Sequence record: NC_052655.1
Strand: one strand, 5' to 3'
Length of the DNA stretch: 64,000 nt
Origin: Escherichia phage alia
Position 1 is the stretch's first letter. Every line of letters starts with the position of its first letter. Below the pieces are notes generated by a model, which worked only from the letters and a program-made list of their open reading frames with translations, made no database searches and had not been told where the DNA came from. The translations under genes were made by a program, and so were the position numbers. Below are positions 25,484-34,629 of the stretch, in pieces.

Positions 25484-26146
25484 TTATTTAATATTCAATT
25501 TTGCACAAAGACGTTGTACCGCTTTGGCATCGAACAAACTCCCACGAATAGTTCTCTTTCCTGATTCATTCAGATGCTTTGCAATCGTCATATATGGCGT
25601 TTTACAAGCTCTGTATGCAACTAAAGAATCTTTTAAAGAAAGTGCAAACTCTTTTGAGCGTTTTGCTTCTTCCGTTTTCGTATAATCTGTTCTTTTGTAT
25701 TTAGGGTTTGCTGCACCAAGAAGCGTTCCCTTCGCTTTTGCTACCTTAAGGCTCTTCTTAACACGATCAGATATTGCACGAGCCTCTTCTTCTGCCAGAA
25801 CTGCTAAAATATTTATTATCATATTTTCAGCGGAGGGCATAGTGGCTATCCGTACATTAATCATCTCTAACAAGGTTGCAACAGAAGCTGTGTTACGTCC
25901 AAGACGGTCAACCTTAGCAACAACAAGTGTAGCACCTGTTTCTTTGCAAAGATTAACAGCTTTTACAAGCTCTCTACGTTGCTTCCAATCGCCTTTACCA
26001 GAATAAAACTCTGCAAAGCTACCTACAATAGTATAATTTTCTTGTGAATCCAGGAAGCGTTGGATATCTGCTTCCTGTGATTCTATACCATACTGGTTGC
26101 CTTGTTGTTTCTTCTTAGAAAGTCGATGATACAGTACAAACTTCAT
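25484..26146 (-). CDS. serine recombinase (resolvase/invertase family) with C-terminal HTH
   Basis: ORF track 25484..26200; start moved to ATG 26146 (AGGAGG upstream). Catalytic YHRLSKKKQ (Y-x-R-x-S) and ATLVVAKVDRLGRN motifs. Confidence 0.7.
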   Translation of the reverse strand: MKFVLYHRLSKKKQQGNQYGIESQEADIQRFLDSQENYTIVGSFAEFYSGKGDWKQRRELVKAVNLCKETGATLVVAKVDRLGRNTASVATLLEMINVRIATMPSAENMIINILAVLAEEEARAISDRVKKSLKVAKAKGTLLGAANPKYKRTDYTKTEEAKRSKEFALSLKDSLVAYRACKTPYMTIAKHLNESGKRTIRGSLFDAKAVQRLCAKLNIK

Positions 26147-26203
26147 AATACCCTCCTGTTCTGTTGCAGGAAGTATGCACGACCTTAACGCTAAAGTCAA
26201 CAG

Positions 26204-26407
26204 TTAAGTAGTGGTAATATCATCTTCTTGAATATCAGGGTCAACTTCTGCAAAGATAGCCTCTACAGGAATTTCTTCACCTGCTATTCTAGAAAGAAGC
26301 ACTGAACCAATAGCTTTTGCGTGTTCTTCGGATTCCGCATAAACATTAGTTCCTGTGTCTTTTTTCTTAGTTTCGTTAAAATATACCAGATAGTAATTGT
26401 ATGCCAT
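26204..26407 (-). CDS. hypothetical protein (67 aa)
   Basis: ORF track. Confidence 0.45.
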   Translation of the reverse strand: MAYNYYLVYFNETKKKDTGTNVYAESEEHAKAIGSVLLSRIAGEEIPVEAIFAEVDPDIQEDDITTT

Positions 26408-26658
26408 TATTCATCCCAATCGTTGTTGCGAGCACTTTCAAGAACCTTGACAACTTCTGCGTACTCTACAGCTAAACCAGCACACACTTCAGCTTGTTTT
26501 GCAATTGCTTGCTTAAAGAACATAGCGATTGCAACACTCTGTGTTGTGTGAATGTTATCTGCTTTAGTTGATACATGAAGATCAAAATCTTCTTCATCAA
26601 AGGTGAGTTCCATAGTAACAATAAATTTCTCGGTCATAAAAATGCTCCTCTTAAACAA
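26407..26658 (-). CDS. hypothetical protein (83 aa)
   Basis: ORF track. Confidence 0.45.
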   Translation of the reverse strand: MFKRSIFMTEKFIVTMELTFDEEDFDLHVSTKADNIHTTQSVAIAMFFKQAIAKQAEVCAGLAVEYAEVVKVLESARNNDWDE

Positions 26659-27160
26659 AATAGAAAGGTTGAGTTAAACCCAGCCTGTTTTTTGGGTCGT
26701 AGACGTACCAAGCATATGCTGTCTTATCAGTACCACCTGCAACAAAAGATGGTCGTTCAGAAAGAACAATCAAATTTGTTGGTGGGTTCTGTTTATGGAA
26801 TTCCCTTCGTTTAATAGACTCTAGGAATCCAAGACGCAACAAGTATATGCAAACGTCTGCTTCTTTTAAGCTCTTTTGCAAGAACTCAAGTGCAAGTCTG
26901 AATGGTGGATTTGTGATTATAATATCCGGCTTAGTATGCCATTCGTGGTTAAAATAATCCTTCCCCTCTTCTAACTCACAATATTCTGATCCTTCTGGAA
27001 AATGTTGATAAATTGCAGCAGCAGCGCCTTTACACGGTTCTGCAAAAATAAAACCTTCTTCTTTAAGGTTATTAAAATCTATTACACTAAATAATGCATT
27101 TATACATTTTTGTGGAGTAGGATAGTAATCAGTTGGTGGACGATCATACTTATTTGCCAC
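26651..27160 (-). CDS. DNA N6-adenine (or N4-cytosine) methyltransferase, small
   Basis: DYYPTP near N-terminus and TNPPF (D/NPPY/F catalytic motif IV) in a 169-aa protein. Confidence 0.65.
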   Translation of the reverse strand: MANKYDRPPTDYYPTPQKCINALFSVIDFNNLKEEGFIFAEPCKGAAAAIYQHFPEGSEYCELEEGKDYFNHEWHTKPDIIITNPPFRLALEFLQKSLKEADVCIYLLRLGFLESIKRREFHKQNPPTNLIVLSERPSFVAGGTDKTAYAWYVYDPKNRLGLTQPFYFV

Positions 27161-27578
27161 TACTTAAAATCTCCTCTTTTGTGATTTCAGGGTTTTCTTC
27201 AAAAACCATAATATCTCTTAAGAATGTTAATTCTTCCATAGATACTGGTATTGTATCTTCTTCTGTTTTTCGTTTACATAAGTCGTCAAGAAAGTTTTTA
27301 ACGCTTTCTGACACATCGTAAAATTTCAACAGTTGATAATCACAGGAGGAGATCCTATCTAGTTCTAACATTCTTTCTAAGATATTTTCTGTGTTGCCGT
27401 ACAACACACGAACTTCTCCGAAAGGGTTGACTAAATATTGTGAAGTTCTGAACCATCCCTTTTTAGATACAGTGTAACGCTGTTCTGCTAAACTTTCAAT
27501 AAAATTTTTAGCCCTTTTACAGTTTTGTTCTAAAGAGTAGTAGGCTTTTTCTACAAAGATTACAGGTACTGGTAACAT
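27150..27578 (-). CDS. hypothetical protein (142 aa)
   Basis: ORF track. Confidence 0.5.
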   Translation of the reverse strand: MLPVPVIFVEKAYYSLEQNCKRAKNFIESLAEQRYTVSKKGWFRTSQYLVNPFGEVRVLYGNTENILERMLELDRISSCDYQLLKFYDVSESVKNFLDDLCKRKTEEDTIPVSMEELTFLRDIMVFEENPEITKEEILSSGK

Positions 27579-27617
27579 ATCTCCTCCTAATAACCCCGTG
27601 AGGGGGTTTATGTTAGA

Positions 27618-28271
27618 TTAATTATCAGAGGATACTTTATCAAGTTTTTCAGAGACTGTCAATACTTTTTCTTGTGATTCTTTCATTTCTGCTAAAATAC
27701 TTTCAGCTTCATCACTATCAGGATCACCAGTCAACAGCATACTAATTAGTTGCTCCTTGCTGAAGTTCAGAATATCTTCCGCTGTTAGCTCCAGTTGTTC
27801 TTCGATCTCTTCGACAAAAGTTTCACCGCCTGAAAAAGCATCTCGTAGTTTTGCAACTTCCATCGCTTCTTCTGGGGTTGCCCCAGCGTCTAAAGCTGCT
27901 AAAGCAAAATCTGCCCCACTACCAACAGCATAGTAATCTTCAGTTAAAGGATATGCTCGCGTTGGATTATTACCCTCGTGCATATAAATTTTACCGTCTG
28001 GGTGAACAACCAATGCCACAAACTCTTCATCTTCTTTATCAGGATCTGACTGGATCACCAAACCTGGGATTGTCTCTTGTGCTGCCTGGCACTGTAAGTT
28101 TTGTTCGAACCAAGAAAAGAAAGTCAGGATAGAAGACAGACGTCCTGCACCACCAACAAGGTAATCCCCAATTTTACGCACTTTCTTGAAATTTAAAGTG
28201 TCTACTCGATTACCTACTGTTACTTTACCATCAGATAGAATTTTGTTATGTGTTGCAATAATTGTTGTCAT
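27618..28271 (-). CDS. HslV-like N-terminal-threonine peptidase with acidic C-terminal extension
   Basis: Begins MTTIIA (Thr2 as candidate nucleophile, as in HslV MTTIVSV); KKVRKIG and AVGSGADFALAA align by eye with HslV KKVRRL and AIGSGGPYAQAA; acidic tail of about 50 aa. Confidence 0.6.
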   Translation of the reverse strand: MTTIIATHNKILSDGKVTVGNRVDTLNFKKVRKIGDYLVGGAGRLSSILTFFSWFEQNLQCQAAQETIPGLVIQSDPDKEDEEFVALVVHPDGKIYMHEGNNPTRAYPLTEDYYAVGSGADFALAALDAGATPEEAMEVAKLRDAFSGGETFVEEIEEQLELTAEDILNFSKEQLISMLLTGDPDSDEAESILAEMKESQEKVLTVSEKLDKVSSDN

Positions 28272-28762
28272 TGTACTTCCTCCTGTAGTGTTTTAAGGAC
28301 TGCTTTACCACCGCTTACATACTTACGTAGGTAATCAATAGCTCTTAGTGTTTCTTTATCCACAAGAATCTTATTAGTTCTTGTCAATGGGTGATTCAGT
28401 AAGTCACTGCAATTTCTTACTAACATAGATTTCTTGTGAAAGATACTGCTAAGAAAAAGAAGTTTAGAATCTTCTTCATCAATCAGGAGTAGTTCTGAAT
28501 TAGACCCAGCTACATTTATTATACACTCAAACAAGCCTTCTTGACTATCAGATAATTCCTGGTAATATTTAGTTAGCCAATCCTCTCCTTTTAACCAACT
28601 AAAAAACATCTGAACTTTTTGCAAAGTTGTCATGTTCTCTAAACGAAGAGATATTTCTTTTTCAATCTTGTCAATATAAATCTGTCTAAACTCATTCGGC
28701 TTAACTAAGCCAGCTTGATAGCATTCATCAATACCATTGCGATCAATCTCAATTAGCGTCAT
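28268..28762 (-). CDS. hypothetical protein (164 aa)
   Basis: ORF track; ATGA overlap. Confidence 0.5.
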   Translation of the reverse strand: MTLIEIDRNGIDECYQAGLVKPNEFRQIYIDKIEKEISLRLENMTTLQKVQMFFSWLKGEDWLTKYYQELSDSQEGLFECIINVAGSNSELLLIDEEDSKLLFLSSIFHKKSMLVRNCSDLLNHPLTRTNKILVDKETLRAIDYLRKYVSGGKAVLKTLQEEVQ

Positions 28763-28798
28763 TTAACCTCCATAACAGGCATCCTTGCCTTGTAATTA

Positions 28799-29551
28799 TT
28801 AATATACTTCCGTGATGAACTGAGACAAACGGGAACGTTGGTTATCAGCAGTTGTCATTTCAACATAACCAATAAAATCTACAATAGCTTCCCTTTCTCC
28901 TTCTTCGTTAATAGGAACAACACGATCTAACAAATCACCTAACCCGTTAGCTCTTCGTTTAATTGCATATGTTTGATTAACATCACCCATAATGACAATA
29001 CGTGTATTAAGACCTGCTCGCTCAAGGAGAAGTTTTACTGTGTTTGGTGACATAAGTTGAACTTCATCAATAAGAATAATGCTGTTATCCCACGTAGCAC
29101 CTAGTGCATAGTTCGGAATATTAAGTTCAATTTTTCCACTTGCAATATCGTTTTCCAATTTATTTGCAGTCATAAACTGTTGGAAAATTCTTTTAGTTGA
29201 CTCGTAGTGTGCTGCTAGTTTATCAGTCTTATCTCCAGATAAGAAACCGATTTGGTCATCACCTACTTCTGTCGGGTTTTTAAGGAAAATCAACTTTCTG
29301 AAGTCACCAGCTTTAAGCATTTGCAATGCTTTCCATAGTGCTGTTGTCGTTTTTCCTGTTCCTGCTGGGGCATTAACAATGGTTAAATCATTCCAAACCA
29401 TGCTTCTTACAATAGCTTCTTGATTCCCAACAGGGGTAAATTCATCAAGACGGTAATCATCATTTCCTACTGCTTTAGCCGCATAACGACTGGCACGTTT
29501 GTCATCATTGGCTGCTGATTGACGACGAGCCTTTGCGGTTTTATTTCCCAT
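28799..29551 (-). CDS. phoH: PhoH-like ATPase
   Basis: Walker A NAPAGTGKTT, Walker B IILIDEVQ, and MGDVNQT motif typical of the PhoH family. Confidence 0.85.
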   Translation of the reverse strand: MGNKTAKARRQSAANDDKRASRYAAKAVGNDDYRLDEFTPVGNQEAIVRSMVWNDLTIVNAPAGTGKTTTALWKALQMLKAGDFRKLIFLKNPTEVGDDQIGFLSGDKTDKLAAHYESTKRIFQQFMTANKLENDIASGKIELNIPNYALGATWDNSIILIDEVQLMSPNTVKLLLERAGLNTRIVIMGDVNQTYAIKRRANGLGDLLDRVVPINEEGEREAIVDFIGYVEMTTADNQRSRLSQFITEVY

Positions 29552-29566
29552 GTTTGCACTCCTTAT

Positions 29567-29588
29567 AAAAGGGGCTTTCGCCCCTTTG
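29567..29588 (-). terminator. terminator hairpin (GGGGCTTTCGCCCC family) directly followed by RBS
   Basis: AAAGGGGC-TTTC-GCCCCTTT between lysozyme stop and phoH start; minus-strand U-run then AAGGAG RBS. Confidence 0.45.
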
Positions 29589-29589
29589 T

Positions 29590-30090
29590 TTAGTTATAAG
29601 CGTCTAATGTTCCAGTTTTAAGCACCTGAATTACACGCTCTGCGCGATTAGGCGTTTGGCGATACCATTTACTTTTACGTAAATTTATAGAGGCTTGAGT
29701 ATAATATGAATTACTCACTAAAGTCAAGCTATTTTTGAAAGATTCTGCACCTTTCAATCCCATTTGAAATACCATATTAATAATAGCCATTTTACGATTA
29801 GGACTTACTTTATCGTAAATAGGAGATAGTATGGTACTTGAATGGATTTGTTGTATCGCTTTCTTTACGTCACCCTCAAAGATTTTTCTAGCTTCCGCTT
29901 CAGTAATAACCCCATTAGTTTTTCTACCTACTAAGTTATCAAGAATGCGTATAGCTTCTGATTTATCTTTAAGTTTTGTCAGAAGGTGTCCAATACCAAC
30001 CGTCCAATACCCTTCGGTATCAGTATATACAGTTAGCTTTAGTCCTTCATCAAAACGTAACATATCAAACACATCAACTACTTTAGCCAT
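29590..30090 (-). CDS. T4-type lysozyme (GH24 endolysin)
   Basis: MLRFDEGLKLTVYTDTEGYWTVGIGHLLT and C-terminal KSKWYRQTPNRAERVI are near-identical in pattern to phage T4 lysozyme (catalytic Glu/Asp/Thr triad positions conserved). Confidence 0.9.
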   Translation of the reverse strand: MAKVVDVFDMLRFDEGLKLTVYTDTEGYWTVGIGHLLTKLKDKSEAIRILDNLVGRKTNGVITEAEARKIFEGDVKKAIQQIHSSTILSPIYDKVSPNRKMAIINMVFQMGLKGAESFKNSLTLVSNSYYTQASINLRKSKWYRQTPNRAERVIQVLKTGTLDAYN

Positions 30091-30102
30091 GTTTTCCTTA
30101 TA

Positions 30103-30246
30103 TTAGTCGCCCTCCCCATGATCTAGCTCTTGAAACAGTAGGTGTTCAGGAGACATTTCACGTTTAGGCTTCGTCTTTTTAGTTTGGGACTTAAGCTCTG
30201 TTGCCAAAGCACGAGAAAAGATCTTACGTTTCTGTTTACCTTTCAT
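30103..30246 (-). CDS. small basic protein (47 aa)
   Basis: Not in ORF track. Minus-strand GGAG RBS then ATG; translation MKGKQKRKIFSRALATELKSQTKKTKPKREMSPEHLLFQELDHGEGD. Confidence 0.35.
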   Translation of the reverse strand: MKGKQKRKIFSRALATELKSQTKKTKPKREMSPEHLLFQELDHGEGD

Positions 30247-30250
30247 ATTG

Positions 30251-30517
30251 TTACTCCGCAATCTGAGCCATGAATTCACGTAGTTCAGAAAAACCTCCTA
30301 CGTGGGTTAGCTGTTCACCATCTTCCACAAAAATCTGAGGGAATGTGCGTGGTAGAACACCTGTTTTCTCTAAAACCAGATTCTGAAGCTGATCTAAAGA
30401 ATAGTCTTCATCTAAGGTAAGATATTTAAAATCCTGTTCACGCTGTTCCAGTAGAATCTTAGCGTTAGTGCAGAAAGGACAATTTGGTTTACCGTAGATA
30501 ATAAAATTCATTTTCAC
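30251..30517 (-). CDS. glutaredoxin/NrdH-like redoxin
   Basis: Active-site CPFC at residues 13-16 in an 88-aa thioredoxin-fold-sized protein; located beside the nucleotide-metabolism genes. Confidence 0.8.
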   Translation of the reverse strand: MKMNFIIYGKPNCPFCTNAKILLEQREQDFKYLTLDEDYSLDQLQNLVLEKTGVLPRTFPQIFVEDGEQLTHVGGFSELREFMAQIAE

Positions 30518-31344
30518 TCCTTGTTTAAAAGTATAGTTAAAGTTCTTACAATACCGCTATCAACACTTCGCGGATTTAAAGTAGGATCTGTTTTTAAATA
30601 AGATGTTGCTGGTCTGACTGCTTTAGAATTATAGGTTGAAGCAGATACAGGATTAACTGTAACAGATAAATCTATAACAAGAAATATCTTACGTGCAAAA
30701 TCATACCAAGAAATATAATCTGCACCTGCATAGTGTACAATTTTACTATTTACACCATCTTTTACAAGTTTAAAAATTGTTTCTGCCAGATCAGGTGCAT
30801 AAGTAGGACATGATAAATGATCACATACTACATTAAATTCTTTTTGACCACCGTTGTAGCGTTCCAACATAGTTTTCAAAAAGTTATGTCCAAATTCACT
30901 ATAAACAGAAGCTGTTCTGATAATAAGTGCTGTAGGACAAACTGTTTGTACTAAAGTTTCACCTAATTGTTTACTGTAACCGTAGGTGTTCAAGGGGTTT
31001 GTTTCACTATCTTCTGTGCCAGCAACATGCCCATCAAAAACATAGTCTGTTGAAATATGTACAAACTGTATCAGTAAATCATTACATGCTTTGGCAATGT
31101 TTGTTGCACCGTATGCATTAACATTTATACAGGTGTTAACATCTTCTTCAGCTTTATCTACTGCTGTGTAAGCCGCACAATTCACAACAACATCAGGCAC
31201 ATGCTGTACAAGACTATTCATAACATCTTTAAAGTTGGTAATGTCTACATCACTTGCTTCAATCAAAATAACATCTTCGGGCGCAACTTTTGCCAAAGAC
31301 TGTCCTAATTGACCTTTTGAACCAAAGATTAAAAATTTTGTCAA
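30514..31344 (-). CDS. rmlD: dTDP-4-dehydrorhamnose reductase
   Basis: N-terminal FLIFGSKGQLGQ Rossmann motif, length 276 aa, last gene of the rmlB-A-C-D order. Confidence 0.8.
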   Translation of the reverse strand: MTKFLIFGSKGQLGQSLAKVAPEDVILIEASDVDITNFKDVMNSLVQHVPDVVVNCAAYTAVDKAEEDVNTCINVNAYGATNIAKACNDLLIQFVHISTDYVFDGHVAGTEDSETNPLNTYGYSKQLGETLVQTVCPTALIIRTASVYSEFGHNFLKTMLERYNGGQKEFNVVCDHLSCPTYAPDLAETIFKLVKDGVNSKIVHYAGADYISWYDFARKIFLVIDLSVTVNPVSASTYNSKAVRPATSYLKTDPTLNPRSVDSGIVRTLTILLNKE

Positions 31345-31895
31345 AATATGATCTCCTTTAGTGTTTTGGCTTGCTGATCTTTTTGTGACAAGATAGGTTT
31401 AAAATTAATATCATTAAAGATTAAATCAAAACCCCAATCTATATTGATATCTGGATCATTCCACGCAAGACTACACTCTGAAGTCGGATCGTAATATTCT
31501 GTACATTTATATTCAAAATCAGCAATGTCGCTAATCACAACAAAGCCATGAGCGAAACCAGGAGGAATCCAAAATTGTGTTTTATTCTTTTCAGATAAGA
31601 GAACACCTACCCATTCTCCAAATGTTGGACTACCAACCCTAATATCTACAGCAACATCATAAACTTCACCACGAACACAACGTACTAACTTCCCTTGTGG
31701 GTTTTTCTTTTGAAAATGAAGCCCACGTAGAACTCCTCGAATAGAACGTGAATGGTTATCTTGGACAAAGTTTTGTTTACCTATGTATTGATCATATAAA
31801 GCCTGATTAAAACTTTCTAAGAAAAAACCACGTTCATCTCCGTAAACGTCAGGTTGAATGATCAACAAATCTTCGATTTTTGTTGCTTGAATCAT
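31341..31895 (-). CDS. rmlC: dTDP-4-dehydrorhamnose 3,5-epimerase
   Basis: 184-aa cupin; ERGFFLESF and LRGLHFQ motifs characteristic of RmlC. Confidence 0.85.
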   Translation of the reverse strand: MIQATKIEDLLIIQPDVYGDERGFFLESFNQALYDQYIGKQNFVQDNHSRSIRGVLRGLHFQKKNPQGKLVRCVRGEVYDVAVDIRVGSPTFGEWVGVLLSEKNKTQFWIPPGFAHGFVVISDIADFEYKCTEYYDPTSECSLAWNDPDINIDWGFDLIFNDINFKPILSQKDQQAKTLKEIIF

Positions 31896-31906
31896 TTAAT
31901 TCCCCC

Positions 31907-32776
31907 TTATTTTAATTTAAGTAAATACTTACCGTAGTCTGTTTTACTTAAAACCTCTCCAGAACTTTTTACAGAGTCTAAAGTAATCCATTCATTTTTA
32001 AAAGCAATCTCTTCTAGGCATGCAACCTTCATACCTTGTTGCTTTTCTATTGCATGAACAAATTGAGATGCTTCCATAAGACTTTCATGTGTTCCTGTAT
32101 CCAGCCAAGTGAAACCTCTTCCTAGTTTACAGACACGTAAAGCCTTTTCTTTCCAGTACATCTCATTTATATCTGTAATCTCTAACTCCCCTCTAGCAGA
32201 AGGTTTAACGCTCTTAGCTTTCTGTATAACAGAATTATCGTAAAAGTACAAGCCTGTAATTGCATAGTTGCTTTTTGGTGCTTTTGGTTTTTCCTCAATA
32301 CTCACCACTGTACCTTCAGAATCAAACTCAACAACACCAAATCTTTCAGGATCATTTACGTGATACCCAAAAATATTAGCTCCACCATTCTTTTCAATAT
32401 GTTCTTTAGCAGAATCTAAAATGCTACCAAAACTCTGACCAAAGAATAAATTATCACCTAGCACAAGTGCTACAGAATCTTCACCAATAAAGTTCTCACC
32501 AATAATAAAGGCTTCTGCTAAACCTTTTGGACTGTTCTGTACTGCATACTGTAGGGAAACACCAAAAGAAGAACCATCACCTAAAAGATTTACAAAATTA
32601 ATTTGATCTTCTGGTGTTGTAATTATTAGTATTTCCCTAATTCCAGAAAGCATTAGGACAGAGAGTGGATAATAAATCATAGGCTTATCGTAAATTGGTA
32701 ATAGTTGTTTACTAACCCCTTTAGTAACTGGGTAAAGTCTTGTTCCGCTACCACCTGCTAAGATAATACCTTTCAT
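31907..32776 (-). CDS. rmlA: glucose-1-phosphate thymidylyltransferase
   Basis: N-terminal [18 protein letters not shown] (G-x-G-T-R-L nucleotidyltransferase signature), 289 aa. Confidence 0.9.
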   Translation of the reverse strand: MKGIILAGGSGTRLYPVTKGVSKQLLPIYDKPMIYYPLSVLMLSGIREILIITTPEDQINFVNLLGDGSSFGVSLQYAVQNSPKGLAEAFIIGENFIGEDSVALVLGDNLFFGQSFGSILDSAKEHIEKNGGANIFGYHVNDPERFGVVEFDSEGTVVSIEEKPKAPKSNYAITGLYFYDNSVIQKAKSVKPSARGELEITDINEMYWKEKALRVCKLGRGFTWLDTGTHESLMEASQFVHAIEKQQGMKVACLEEIAFKNEWITLDSVKSSGEVLSKTDYGKYLLKLK

Positions 32777-32784
32777 ACTCCTCC

Positions 32785-33774
32785 TTAAACTTTATTTTCC
32801 CACCACTCTTTGTTATCTACATACCAATCAATGGTTGAATAAAGTTTTTCTTCAAATGTGCCTTTAGCTTTCCACCCTAATTCCTTTTCGATCTTATAAG
32901 GATTCACTTCATATCTCAGATCATGCCCAGGTCTATCTGTAACCATCTCAATTAGGCTACAAGCATCTGTTTCAGATGGATACACCGCATCCATATAATC
33001 ACAAATCATATAGATTACATCAATATTAGTTCTAGGGTTTCTGCTCCCAATATTATATGTTTCTCCAGATTTGCCTTTAGTTACTACTAGGTGTAATGCT
33101 TCTGCGTGATCGTCAACGTATAACCAGTCTCTTACTTGAAGACCATTGCCATAAACAGGGATTGGTTTATTCATCAAGATATTTGTTATCGTTTTAGGTA
33201 TTAGTTTTTCTGGATGATGATATGCTCCAAAATTATTTGAACAATTTGTTAGAACTGTCGGAATACCATAAGTACGATGCCACGCTCTTACCAAATGATC
33301 GCTTGCTGCCTTAGATGCAGCATATGGACTACTTGGCTTATAAGGATTCTGTTCTGTAAACGGATAATCCCCCTCTTCCATATCACCATATACTTCATCT
33401 GTTGAAATATGATGGAACATTTTAAGATTTGATTTATCTCCCATTAAACGAACAGCTTCTAGGAGATTAAATGTCCCAACAATATTTGAATTTATAAAAA
33501 CACTCGGTGATGCTATTGAATTATCTACGTGACTTTCTGCTGCAAGATGCATTATATAATCTGGATTAACATCTGCCACAATCTTAGCAGTTAACTGCGC
33601 ATTTGTCAAGTCAACACGACAAAACTTTACATTGGGTGTTTCTGATAAATTTCTAGGGTCTGAAGCGTAACCCCATTTATCTATAACGTAAATATCATTT
33701 TTAGTATTTTTAGCCAGGAAACGAACTACCGCACTTCCAATAAAGCCTAAACCACCTGTTACTAAGTATTTCAT
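32785..33774 (-). CDS. rmlB: dTDP-glucose 4,6-dehydratase
   Basis: N-terminal [12 protein letters not shown] Rossmann motif; SDR Tyr/Lys catalytic pair (YAASKAA); 329 aa. Confidence 0.85.
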   Translation of the reverse strand: MKYLVTGGLGFIGSAVVRFLAKNTKNDIYVIDKWGYASDPRNLSETPNVKFCRVDLTNAQLTAKIVADVNPDYIMHLAAESHVDNSIASPSVFINSNIVGTFNLLEAVRLMGDKSNLKMFHHISTDEVYGDMEEGDYPFTEQNPYKPSSPYAASKAASDHLVRAWHRTYGIPTVLTNCSNNFGAYHHPEKLIPKTITNILMNKPIPVYGNGLQVRDWLYVDDHAEALHLVVTKGKSGETYNIGSRNPRTNIDVIYMICDYMDAVYPSETDACSLIEMVTDRPGHDLRYEVNPYKIEKELGWKAKGTFEEKLYSTIDWYVDNKEWWENKV

Positions 33775-33968
33775 TTAGTCTCCTTCCAATTATTCCCTTC
33801 AGTAAAAATAATACCTTCATAAAACAACCATCTGGAACCTTTTTCAACAGGAACAGGAATCTCTTCTTCAGTAAAGTTATAAACCTCTCTAGCATCTTCT
33901 AAAAGTGATGCAAATGTTTTTGGACTTACTGTTACGCGAGGAGCATTGATCAGTTGATCTAGCATCAT
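33771..33968 (-). CDS. hypothetical protein (65 aa)
   Basis: ORF track 33771..34061; start moved to the internal ATG-ATG preceded by minus-strand AAGGAGG. Confidence 0.4.
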   Translation of the reverse strand: MMLDQLINAPRVTVSPKTFASLLEDAREVYNFTEEEIPVPVEKGSRWLFYEGIIFTEGNNWKETK

Positions 33969-33981
33969 TCTACTATCCTCC

Positions 33982-34308
33982 TTACCAAACGTGTTGAGAA
34001 ATAATAGTTTCCGTTTCAATGTTATATTTTTCAAGAAGTTGTGCGTAGGCTTCTTTTGCATTCTTATTTAGTTGCTCAAGATCTACAGCTATACTTCCTT
34101 CGCCACCTTCTAAATAAATGCCATATATGCAATAAGATTCATCAGCATCATAGAAAGGAGAGATACGGCTTAAATCAAGACCTTCTTGTAAGAACCAATT
34201 AAGATCTCCATCAAATTCTTCTTCAATTCTAGGATCTTCTCCTACAGCCTCTTCCCATTTATTAAAAGGTGCACCCTGTAACATACGCCATGCAATATCA
34301 ACCCCCAC
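33982..34308 (-). CDS. hypothetical acidic protein (about 100-108 aa)
   Basis: ORF track (GTG start at 34308); the alternative in-frame ATG at 34284 would remove the overlap with the small upstream ORF. Confidence 0.45.
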   Translation of the reverse strand: MGVDIAWRMLQGAPFNKWEEAVGEDPRIEEEFDGDLNWFLQEGLDLSRISPFYDADESYCIYGIYLEGGEGSIAVDLEQLNKNAKEAYAQLLEKYNIETETIISQHVW

Positions 34309-34443
34309 TATCTTCCTCCTCTTCTTTTTCTTCTATATGAACGAAACCTAAACCGTTACAATTCCAACAAGGAATAAATTGTTCCATACTAACAATAAAA
34401 TTCCCAGTGCCGCCGCAGATAGGACAAATACTTACATCGTCCA
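34297..34443 (-). CDS. small zinc-ribbon protein (48 aa)
   Basis: Not in ORF track. Minus-strand GAGGAG RBS then ATG; translation MDDVSICPICGGTGNFIVSMEQFIPCWNCNGLGFVHIEEKEEEEDSGG has CxxC...CxxC. Confidence 0.4.
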
Positions 34444-34446
34444 TTA

Positions 34447-34629
34447 TTAAAGCTCCTCAATCTTTTCTAACATCTGTTTTAACTCATTCTCTGTTAACAG
34501 AATTTCTGTGATACCATCATAAGTTTCTACCATCAGAGTAAAACATTTCTCTCCATCTGAACACACAAAAGCACCACCTTCATCTTCTGTTAAGTCAGAA
34601 TTAATATCTACATCAACAAAATCAATCAT
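34447..34629 (-). CDS. hypothetical protein (60 aa)
   Basis: ORF track 34447..34653; start moved to the internal ATG preceded by AAGGAG. Confidence 0.45.
   Translation of the reverse strand: MIDFVDVDINSDLTEDEGGAFVCSDGEKCFTLMVETYDGITEILLTENELKQMLEKIEEL

Noticed and set aside
33710-33895. Minus-strand track ORF (61 aa) overlapping the rmlB start and 33771..33968
   Set aside because: Alternative frame overlapping two better-supported genes; no RBS.
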